From assembly GCA_965234725.1 (NCBI GenBank), contig CBDDUX010000048.1:1-35676 (forward strand): DNA of 35,676 nucleotides, in the 5' to 3' direction. Of this stretch, positions 9,874 to 17,894 are shown one piece after another (position 1 is the stretch's first letter; each line of letters begins with the position of its first letter). Below the pieces are notes generated by a model. It had not been told where the DNA came from. It was given only the letters and a program-made list of their open reading frames with translations, and did no database searches. The stretch is from Thermoplasmatota archaeon (GTDB lineage: Archaea; Thermoplasmatota; Penumbrarchaeia; Penumbrarchaeales; Penumbrarchaeaceae). Position numbers and translations under genes: made by a program.

Positions 9874-11109
9874 CTAGTAACCGATGAGGTCCCTGAACCA
9901 GAGAAAATGCGTTCCGAATAAAAGCATGTGAATTATCACAAGCACTTTGGAAGTGGCGGATCCCCATGAGTGCATTCTCTTCCAGTTCTGGAATCCGATT
10001 CTTCTTACAAGCCATCTCTGGAAGATACCGTTCAAGGCTATTATCAGCATGATTCCAAGGGCCACCCACCCAAGTACCACTTCCCACTGAAGGATAAGCT
10101 CCCGGTAGGGCCCATAGAAAAGGGTGGAGAGGTGGATCAGGACCAGTACGAGAAGTACATAAGAGAGAGCACAATGGAAGTCAACCCTTCTTTTTGCTCC
10201 TTTGAAGAATTTGTTCGCTTTTTCTTTTAGAACCGCTCCTCCTGTGAAATAACCAACGACAAGGAGAATGAAAGCTGTTATTCCGGTATATTTCCCAACC
10301 TCCCAGAGAATTTCCTTCCCACCTGATCCCTGGCCTGGGTCGGATATCAATATCTGTATGGGCAATTTCCTTTCTATCTGATCCTCTTTCCATTTCAATG
10401 TCAATCCAAGATACATGTCCGTCATGTTCTGAAGGGTGATCATTACGGTCATGGATTCTCCCTTGGAAAGATCGGATCGGGGGACCTCTATTGAAAATAT
10501 ACCATCCGCTCCTCCATTCATTTCCAGTCTGATATCTGTTATATTGTTCGATGCGTTCAGAGTTAATTCCCTTTGTTCCCCTGGACTATCAAAGAAAAGA
10601 GTACCAGGAGTAACACTGAGATCGAAGTTAGCAGAAAGCAGGGATGTGGAGGTCTTTTCCAGGTAGGATGCTTCATTGATCGCCCCTGGTGAACTATGTT
10701 TGTAGTAGACCTTGTAACCGACCTCTGCAGAAACATTGCACCATCCTTCATCCAGGGTTCTCAATTCCCATTCAACGATAGGGCCTCCATCTAAATCCGT
10801 GCCAGTGATCCCCTGGAGATCTCCTATGACCTCCAGATTATCCATGCGTCCATCCAGAGTCGCAGTAAGGTCCTTGATCTGATAATCGATTGCCCCGGTC
10901 ACCTTGAGCCTCAATGTAAATGTAGTATTGGGGGGATAGAAAGGATCGTGGATCAACGTCAAAATGGGTGGATGGTAGACCCAATTCTCGGAGGGATTTG
11001 AAGAAGAATGACATTCCTCACAGGATATTCCAGTAACTGGTCCCTGGATCATGATCAAGGTAACCAGGATCATTGAAGGAAAGATCAGTCTTAGGACCTT
11101 CAATCCCAT
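9874..11109 (-). CDS. Exported monoheme CxxCH protein fused to a C-terminal ferric-reductase/cytochrome-b-like 4-TM domain
   Basis: Signal peptide, then GISCEECHSS and a beta-rich middle region. The C-terminal TM domain has two His pairs, each 14 residues apart (RRVDFHCALSYVLLVLVLIH and WKRMHSWGSATSKVLVIIH). 10-nt overlap with the upstream gene and a GGAGG RBS. Confidence 0.75.
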   Translation of the reverse strand: MGLKVLRLIFPSMILVTLIMIQGPVTGISCEECHSSSNPSENWVYHPPILTLIHDPFYPPNTTFTLRLKVTGAIDYQIKDLTATLDGRMDNLEVIGDLQGITGTDLDGGPIVEWELRTLDEGWCNVSAEVGYKVYYKHSSPGAINEASYLEKTSTSLLSANFDLSVTPGTLFFDSPGEQRELTLNASNNITDIRLEMNGGADGIFSIEVPRSDLSKGESMTVMITLQNMTDMYLGLTLKWKEDQIERKLPIQILISDPGQGSGGKEILWEVGKYTGITAFILLVVGYFTGGAVLKEKANKFFKGAKRRVDFHCALSYVLLVLVLIHLSTLFYGPYRELILQWEVVLGWVALGIMLIIALNGIFQRWLVRRIGFQNWKRMHSWGSATSKVLVIIHMLLFGTHFLWFRDLIGY

Positions 11110-13372
11110 TCCTCCACATCATCTTCATCGAGCACAATGGCGACAATTGGTTCTTTTTTCACCTTAGGTCCGGAGGGCCTGACTAGAACAAACACTGACC
11201 AGCTGATACTTACAAGTAATGCCAGCGCACCAATGAACAGGATGATCCCAGCTCCCATATCGCCCTTAATGAATGAAAATGAACCTTTCTCATTATCATC
11301 CTTAGCTCTTGAAAGAGGTATTGCCGTGTCATCTCCATCATCTGGATCTATGGGATTGGGGTCAATGATCTCCTCCTCCAGGACCGTATATGTGAAATTG
11401 AACCATTTCACATCCCCATCGGGATTTGTCACCCTTGCAGTGAGGTTATGTTCTCCTATCTGCCCCCAGGGTCCCTGACGAAGCTGGAGATCAAGGGAGA
11501 TGTCATGGGTGTCAATTATCCTGTTGCCCACGGACCAATCGACATTGAGTTCCCTTTCGGATGGGTCCTTAACCGGAAGCAAGATGTGGAGATACTCATT
11601 CTTCTTGAACTCACCCCTTTCAGAATCTATCTCACCCGTGATGATGATCTCAACTTTGACATCCACAACATCGACTATCCAGTCTATCCTTTCAAGAACG
11701 GATTCGAAATCGGTGTCCAGCATTATGAAGGTCACGATATGTTCTCCGGCATCATCGTTATCCGGTCTGTACATGAATCCCCCTCCTCCCAGGGATTCGA
11801 CCTCATCGTCGACCAACCATTCCGTTGCATTGATCTCATGGAACCTTTCCTTATCTATCAGTACCTCGAACCTGAGTTCCATACCCTCGTCGATGGTCTG
11901 TCTGCCTTCGGGTGAGAAATCAAGGATCAGATCATTCAGGATGATCTCCTCTTCAACCTTCAATGTGATACTCTCTTCTGAATATATTCCCCACTCCAAA
12001 GAGCTCACATTCAGAATGATGGTATGGGGCCCTGGTTCCAATATACTGGTAAAGGATGGTTCAGTCCCAAATATACCGGATATGTTCGATGTCCACAAGT
12101 ACACAGCATCGGTCACAATTACATTGGAATCCATGGAGGAATCAAACACTGTTGTATAGTTGTAAGGGAAGATGGCTCCATCTTCCGGGGATGTTATGGA
12201 TGCTGAAATGACCGGTTCTTCACTTACAAGAGGCCCTTGGAATGGGCCGACCTCTGTTTGGAATTTGCCATCGGAAACATTGAAGGAGAAATCATACTCA
12301 CCGCAGTCAAGCATTAGTTCGATCTCATACCTTTCCCCATTGGATACATCACCATCAGTAAGATAATTGGAGTTCCCCCCAACCTGAGACATGGATGGGC
12401 TCATCCTCTTACCTTCTATGATCAGGACCAATCCATCTCCTGAAGGGGTATCACCTCCCCCATCCGTGTAGGTTATCGAGAATCTGAAGGTATCATTGCA
12501 GTTCCCGGATTCGGGAGATAGGTCAGGGTCCGATAGGACCGGTGGCGTATTCGCCCTCTCAACTGTAGGCCCCGAGATCTCCCCGGTCCCTGGGAATCTT
12601 ACTGTATCCGAACCATCCGTTGCTTCGAAGTGGAACGGATGGTCCCCTACTGCCAGCTTGAGCGATGCTGAATATATTTCTCCGGTCTTGATGGAATCCT
12701 GTGATCCGTCTTTCGGTGCAAGTGAGTGGGCTGTACCATCGATAAAAGCATCGATCCGGTCTGGGAGATCTCCATTGATGTCTTGGTAAGTGACCTCGAA
12801 AGTGAAGATAGAATCTGTATCACCTGATCCGGGTGATACTCCCCCCTCAGAAAGTTCAGGCGGATCATTGTTTACTGTTATGGATGAAGTATCTGTTCTT
12901 TTGATTGCATTTCCATAATGGTCCGACTTCATGGTAGCTTCTGCACGAAGAGTATCAGGACCGCCTTTCAACCCAGAAATGTCAAAGACCACATCCTTGG
13001 TCCATCTATATGGTTGGGATGAACCGGAAGGTCTCTGATTGTTGAATGTGACCTGTGACGGAACATCTACCCTGGAGTTGACCGATACGAGTTTGACCGT
13101 CATATCGAACTGCCAGTGGCTGTCTGTACCATCTGCGGTCACCTCGATGGATATCGTTACCTTATCACCCTCTCCGACATCGATATCCCCGGGTGCGGTG
13201 ATCACCGGATCATTGATAACAAGATCATATTTTCCACCGTGACAGCTGTCGCAGGAATCGACTCCCCTTGAGGGTATGCCTTCGAATAAGGTCAGAGCAC
13301 TGATCGGTCCGATCACGATCAAGGTGGCAACGATGACTAAAAAAAAGAGGATAGAAAGGGACCTTGATCCAC
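11100..13372 (-). CDS. Membrane-anchored surface monoheme CxxCH protein on an Ig-like stalk; probable start GTG at 13372 is out of frame by 1 nt (ORF track start is 13322)
   Basis: GVDSCDSCHGG near the N-terminus. Two tandem repeats (NDPPELS...FTFEVTYQD...FHFEATDG and NTPPVLS...FRFSITYTD...FSFNVSDG), further Ig/PKD-like segments and a C-terminal TM. The in-frame hydrophobic stretch SRSLSILFFLVIVATL extends upstream of 13322. Confidence 0.75.
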
Positions 13373-13477
13373 TTTGATCCTCCCTTTCCGACTGTCAGAG
13401 TACCACCTTGTTCCAAGAATGGGAATCGAAAAGAGGTTAAAAAATTATTGGAAAATTCAAGATTATAATAGAAGAAT

Positions 13478-13494
13478 GGGCGGAATTTCCGCCC
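13478..13494 (-). terminator. Hairpin GGGCGGAA-N-TTCCGCCC downstream of the CC1-like gene
   Basis: Perfect 8-bp inverted repeat 25 nt after the stop at 13520, followed on the minus strand by T/A-rich sequence. Confidence 0.6.
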
Positions 13495-13519
13495 GATACA
13501 GATATTATGATAAAACGTT

Positions 13520-13687
13520 CTATTTCAGTTCCTTTGCCTGCTTCTCGGAAAGGATCCTCCAGCACTCATGGGGCCCGGAGGGGGACTTTGCTACCGCGAA
13601 GTACCTGCCCTTTTTTTCCCTGATATCGAACTTCTCGGTCTTGAACTTGTTTTTGGCTTTCACGTCGTAGAATTCTATCTCGGCCAT
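13520..13687 (-). CDS. 55-aa basic protein resembling crenarchaeal chromatin protein CC1 (not in the ORF track)
   Basis: Hand translation gives MAEIEFYDVKAKNKFKTEKFDIREKKGRYFAVAKSPSGPHECWRILSEKQAKELK. GGAGGT RBS at 13694-13699, TTTTAATA box at about 13737-13744 and a downstream hairpin. FYDxKAK, FAVAKSP and R(I/L)L match the CC1 sequence as I recall it. Confidence 0.8.
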   Translation of the reverse strand: MAEIEFYDVKAKNKFKTEKFDIREKKGRYFAVAKSPSGPHECWRILSEKQAKELK

Positions 13688-13821
13688 CTTCAAACCTCCA
13701 CGATATTGAATCGCTATGGTCTCAATACAGGGAATCTATTAAAATCCTTTTGCCGGGAGGTGTGAATATGTTCATAATTCACCACTTGGTGTTGGGGAGA
13801 TCTCTCTAAATAAAAGAAGGT

Positions 13822-14097
13822 CTACTCCCCGTGACCTTGAAGGTACCTTTTTCCTTTATCCGTAAGTACGAGATAGTTGGGATGGGACCCATCGTCATGA
13901 CAAGTGGAAGCTACTGGACAGTTCGAGCATCTGCTTCCACAATCGGTACTGGCGATCGAGGTCTCCTTGATATATCCTGACCTCTCCAGCATGTGTACCC
14001 TTGAGTGGAGCTCTTCTCTTTCCAATCCCATCTCTCCGGCTATCTGTGAAAGTGTTTTCCCTCCCGTTTGGATATATTTCAGAAGTTTGGCCATCAT
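13822..14097 (-). CDS. feoC: FeoC-like winged-helix protein with Cys cluster (possible Fe-S site)
   Basis: HTH segment KTLSQIAGEMGLEREEL...LERSGYI, then CGSRCSNCPVASTC and YLVLTDKG. Last gene of the feoB operon, with a TAATG coupling. Confidence 0.75.
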   Translation of the reverse strand: MMAKLLKYIQTGGKTLSQIAGEMGLEREELHSRVHMLERSGYIKETSIASTDCGSRCSNCPVASTCHDDGSHPNYLVLTDKGKRYLQGHGE

Positions 14098-14561
14098 TAC
14101 TTTGCCCTCCTTATGTCAGGTCCTGAGCGGACATATTTCCATACTAACACAGACAGTATGATAATGAACGCAAGGATTATTGAAGGTTCCGCGAAATCCA
14201 GCAAGTCGGAACCCCCATTTCCGGTACCGATCAGTTCAGAAAACAGGTTTGATAGAGAGATCAGAAGTCCTGTAATACCTTGGACCACTGCAAGGAAAGC
14301 CCCAACCATGAAATAGGACCTGATATCCCCTGCCTTTCCTCCGGAAAAGAGGGCACCGGCCCAAAACGTGGAGGATATAACAAGCAGAACAAAAGCTCCT
14401 ACCAGGTCGTTATCGAGGACGCCAGAGGGATCATTGATGACCTCTGTCGAAACCATGATCTGCAATATACCCAGGGCCAAGTATATTGAGCCAAGAATTA
14501 CACAGACGATCTTAAGGATCCGAGGCACCCCAACAGGTTGGAAATTCCTATTAGAAACCAA
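14097..14561 (-). CDS. Uncharacterised 4-TM membrane protein within the feo operon
   Basis: Four hydrophobic segments. It overlaps the feoB stop and the feoC start. Confidence 0.75.
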   Translation of the reverse strand: MVSNRNFQPVGVPRILKIVCVILGSIYLALGILQIMVSTEVINDPSGVLDNDLVGAFVLLVISSTFWAGALFSGGKAGDIRSYFMVGAFLAVVQGITGLLISLSNLFSELIGTGNGGSDLLDFAEPSIILAFIIILSVLVWKYVRSGPDIRRAK

Positions 14562-16554
14562 GTAGAAGCCCCCCTTGATAGATCAATAAGGTCAAAATGT
14601 ATGCCACGGACATAGTGTAAAGGATGGAGAATATGGTCCATGCCCACGATCCCGTCTCCTGCTTGATAGCTCCCACCGTGGCCAGGCATGGGATATAGAG
14701 GAGAACGAACACCATCAGTGAGAGACCTCCAAGTGAGGTTAGCCCCGAATCGGCAGCGATCCTATCGGTGAGGGCATTGTGGTCATCACCAACATTGTAC
14801 AATACTCCCAGTGAACTCACCACTATCTCCTTTGCAACGAATCCGAAGAGAAGTGCGATGGAGATCTTCCAATCAAATCCAAGAGGAGCCATGGCAGGGG
14901 CTATGAACTTGCCTATCGATGCGGCAATTGATGATGTACTTCCGTAATCCACCCTGTTGAAGGAAAGGGAAAAACTCGCAAGGAACCACATAATGATCGA
15001 ACCCAGCAGAATTACGGTCCCTGCTTTTTTCAAATATTGGAAACCCTTTTCCCAGGTGGACTTGAGAGAAAATCTGAGATCCGGCCCTCGATATCTTGGA
15101 AGCTCCATGATGAAGGGGGCAGGTTCTCCTTTCAGTATCGTTGATCTGAAAAGCTTGGCCGAAAGTATTGCAACGATTATTCCTAGTATATATAAACCGA
15201 AAATGACCAGACCGCCGGATCCCTTGAAGAATATTCCTGCAAGAAGAATGTAAACAGGAAGTCTGGCTCCGCAAGAAACGAAGGGATTGACAAGTATGGT
15301 TACCAATCTGTCCTTCTTATCATCTATCGACCTTGCCGCCATTATGGCAGGAACATTACAACCGAAACCAATGATCATTGGAATGAAGGATTTGCCGCTA
15401 AGACCGATCCGGGACATTATTCTGTCCATTACGAAAGCCGCTCGTGCCATGTAACCTGAGCTTTCCATTAACGATATTACAAGGAACAGGACCATAATGT
15501 TGGGAAGGAAGACAAGGACAGAGCCGACACCACCAACGATCCCTTCCCCCAGGAGTGATGCAAACCATTCCGGACCCACATTATCGAGGATCAGGTCCGA
15601 TAGACCTGCAGAGAGGATATCGATCATCTCCGAGAAGGGTTGGGCGAACTCAAAGGTCAATCTGAACATGGTCCAGATAATGACGAGGAAGATCGGGATC
15701 CCCAGATATCTGTTGGTGGCAACGGTATCAATGAGGTCAGAAAACTTCTCTTTGGTCTTCTTTCCTGATGTCACCATCTTCAGGATCCTGTCCACCTCAT
15801 GATACCTTCCATCAGTAATGGCGATCTCCATCTCCAAGGGATCGGCATCTCCAATTGCCCTCCTTGCTTCCCTGTCCAATCCATTATCCTTCAGTCTGTT
15901 CCAGATCCTTTGATCGCCTTCAAGGGCTTTGATCGCCATCCATCTGTAATGATGTCCCGGCATCGGAGACCTTCCGTTCAGTGCGGAATAAACCTCTCTT
16001 ACCTTTTTTTCAACAGGGTCCTCGAAGGAGATTATCCTGCCACAGGTCGCTCCGGCACCTGCCTCGCTGACTATTGCATCAAGCAATCCCTCGATCCCCT
16101 CACCCGTGGTAGATGATGTGGTCAGTACCGGAACACCAAGCTCTCTGGAAAGACCCTGGATATCTATCTCCGATCCGTTCTTCTCCTTCTGGTCCCACAT
16201 GTTGAGGACCAGGATCATCTTGCATTGGAGCTCCATCAGCTGAAATGTCAGATAGAGGTTCCTTCCAAGATTGGAAGGGTCTACCACATGAAGAACGACA
16301 TCAGGCTCTTCATCGATGATGTAGTCCCTGGAAATGACCTCATCTTCTGAATAAGCGGTAAGGGAATATGTTCCTGGCAGGTCAACAATCTCAAGGACCT
16401 TCCCTTTATGTTCTTTAATCCCGGTGACCTTCTCAACCGTTACACCTGGCCAATTCCCAACCTTAAGGTTCTCTCCAGTCAATTGATTGAACAGCGTTGT
16501 CTTTCCAACGTTGGGATTTCCCGCGAGTGCGACCCTTATCCTTTGGCTTGGCAT
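14551..16554 (-). CDS. feoB: Ferrous iron transporter B
   Basis: G1 GNPNVGKTT, VGNWPGVTVE, G3 DLPGTYSL and G4 NMWD. Membrane motifs SGYMARAAFVMD, GFGCNVPA, CGARLPVY, FIMELP, AKEIVV and LYIPCLAT. Confidence 0.97.
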   Translation of the reverse strand: MPSQRIRVALAGNPNVGKTTLFNQLTGENLKVGNWPGVTVEKVTGIKEHKGKVLEIVDLPGTYSLTAYSEDEVISRDYIIDEEPDVVLHVVDPSNLGRNLYLTFQLMELQCKMILVLNMWDQKEKNGSEIDIQGLSRELGVPVLTTSSTTGEGIEGLLDAIVSEAGAGATCGRIISFEDPVEKKVREVYSALNGRSPMPGHHYRWMAIKALEGDQRIWNRLKDNGLDREARRAIGDADPLEMEIAITDGRYHEVDRILKMVTSGKKTKEKFSDLIDTVATNRYLGIPIFLVIIWTMFRLTFEFAQPFSEMIDILSAGLSDLILDNVGPEWFASLLGEGIVGGVGSVLVFLPNIMVLFLVISLMESSGYMARAAFVMDRIMSRIGLSGKSFIPMIIGFGCNVPAIMAARSIDDKKDRLVTILVNPFVSCGARLPVYILLAGIFFKGSGGLVIFGLYILGIIVAILSAKLFRSTILKGEPAPFIMELPRYRGPDLRFSLKSTWEKGFQYLKKAGTVILLGSIIMWFLASFSLSFNRVDYGSTSSIAASIGKFIAPAMAPLGFDWKISIALLFGFVAKEIVVSSLGVLYNVGDDHNALTDRIAADSGLTSLGGLSLMVFVLLYIPCLATVGAIKQETGSWAWTIFSILYTMSVAYILTLLIYQGGLLLGF

Positions 16555-16566
16555 TCTCGAATCCTG

Positions 16567-16622
16567 TAGGTTGGGTTCCTATTAATTAATTTTGTCACCC
16601 TAGTACTATTAGGGTATACTAA
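16567..16622. promoter_or_regulatory. feoB promoter with clustered DtxR/MntR-like inverted repeats
   Basis: TAGG-N7-CCTA (16567-16581), an AT-rich TATA-like ATTAATTAAT (16581-16590), ACCCTA-N7-TAGGGT (16597-16615) and TTAG-N6-CTAA (16609-16622). Confidence 0.55.
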
Positions 16623-16653
16623 ATAAAAATCAAAAATTTTTACCCCTGCCCCC

Positions 16654-17352
16654 TTAATTCACAACGGGGCTGAGAATGGAGATGCCTGTTTCTCCGATAT
16701 CGATAAGGTGCTTCTTCCTGGAATGATGGCAGGACCTCATCTTCAGGACCTGCATATAGAGATGAATATCATGCTGGTGCTCTATGGGGCCCATCTCGAC
16801 TATTCCGTCGGCCAGGAACATCTCTGCTCCCTGGCCCTCGATGATGTTGGAGAATCTTGGGGTTTCCATGATTATGAAGGATGTGAGATTGTATTCTCTC
16901 AGTTTCTTGAAGAAGTGGAACATCTTCGATCTGAGCTTTTCAGTCTCGATCAGTGAATAGAGACCACCAAGGGAATCCAGGCCGAAACAGGTGAAGTTGT
17001 CTCCTTCCTTATCCTTGAAGAACTTGATGACACCATCTACCATTTCAAGGAAATCAGGATGATCGTCTCCGTGGGTCTCGAACCGGGATCTGATATCACT
17101 GTAATCCGAGATAAGGAGGTTCTCCGGGACCTTTATCCCGAGGGAATCCATGTTCCTCAGATGTGAGATGGTATTCTCCTCAACGGTCAGGTACATGCCG
17201 AACTCACCGCTTGTCTGGAGATACTTGGACATGATCGAGAAGACCATACCTGATTTTAGTGATCCGGGAGGCCCGTAAACGATCACGATAGCTCCCTGGA
17301 ATATGTCGGAGTAGAATATATTGTCCATTCCCTCTATTGAATCGGTAATCAA
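16654..17352 (-). CDS. KaiC/RAD55-family single-domain RecA-superfamily ATPase
   Basis: Variant Walker A GPPGSLKS, YLTVEE, Walker B FGLDSL, FLADGIVEM and VLKMR. GGAGG RBS before a TTG start. Confidence 0.88.
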   Translation of the reverse strand: MITDSIEGMDNIFYSDIFQGAIVIVYGPPGSLKSGMVFSIMSKYLQTSGEFGMYLTVEENTISHLRNMDSLGIKVPENLLISDYSDIRSRFETHGDDHPDFLEMVDGVIKFFKDKEGDNFTCFGLDSLGGLYSLIETEKLRSKMFHFFKKLREYNLTSFIIMETPRFSNIIEGQGAEMFLADGIVEMGPIEHQHDIHLYMQVLKMRSCHHSRKKHLIDIGETGISILSPVVN

Positions 17353-17453
17353 GTGAGTCCCTCCAGTGTCCTTTTCGAAACATCACAAAACAATGATATA
17401 TCACTTTCGGAGTTTTTACTTTTAGTTGGAAACAACAAGCAGGAGGTCAGGCA

Positions 17454-17894
17454 ATGGGAGCATTTGATACTGGATTCCCCACCAATGGAAGGGAAATGAT
17501 GGATGCGGTCTTTGAATGGACAGAATCAGTAAATTCCTTCCCCGGGGAAACCCTGCTCCTGGTGGAGGGAAAAAAGGACCTTTCAGCCCTCAAGGAACTG
17601 GGCATTTCACAGGAAATATTGATAATGAACAAAGGAGTGAACCTTTTCGATCTCATATCTTCCATATCCACGGGAGATCTTCGTGAGACCAGATCACCAT
17701 TCGCAGGTACCATGATCATTTTAACTGATTGGGACCGCAAGGGAGGTATGCTTGCCTCCAGATTGAAAAAGGCCTGTCTCCATCTTGATGTGCGGTTCGA
17801 TCTGGACCTCAGAAGGGAGATCGCATCTCTCACTGGGAAGTGGATCAAGGATATTGAATCCATCCCTGCATTCCTTTCACATCTTGATCTATGA
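17454..17894 (+). CDS. Small stand-alone TOPRIM-domain protein (RNase M5/primase-like)
   Basis: TOPRIM motifs LLVEGKKDLSALKELG and IILTDWDRKG, plus KDIE. AGGAGG RBS. Confidence 0.88.
   Translation: MGAFDTGFPTNGREMMDAVFEWTESVNSFPGETLLLVEGKKDLSALKELGISQEILIMNKGVNLFDLISSISTGDLRETRSPFAGTMIILTDWDRKGGMLASRLKKACLHLDVRFDLDLRREIASLTGKWIKDIESIPAFLSHLDL

Noticed and set aside
11448-12159. 155-aa and 219-aa plus-strand ORFs
   Set aside because: Antisense to the stalked cytochrome gene, with Ser-rich or motif-free shadow composition.
13225-13416. 63-aa minus-strand ORF as the true N-terminus of the cytochrome gene
   Set aside because: No good RBS and not signal-peptide-like. The GGAGG-GTG start at 13372 explains the region better.
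13374-13765. 98-aa and 65-aa plus-strand ORFs from the track
   Set aside because: They lie opposite the 55-aa minus-strand gene, which has the RBS, promoter, terminator and family resemblance.
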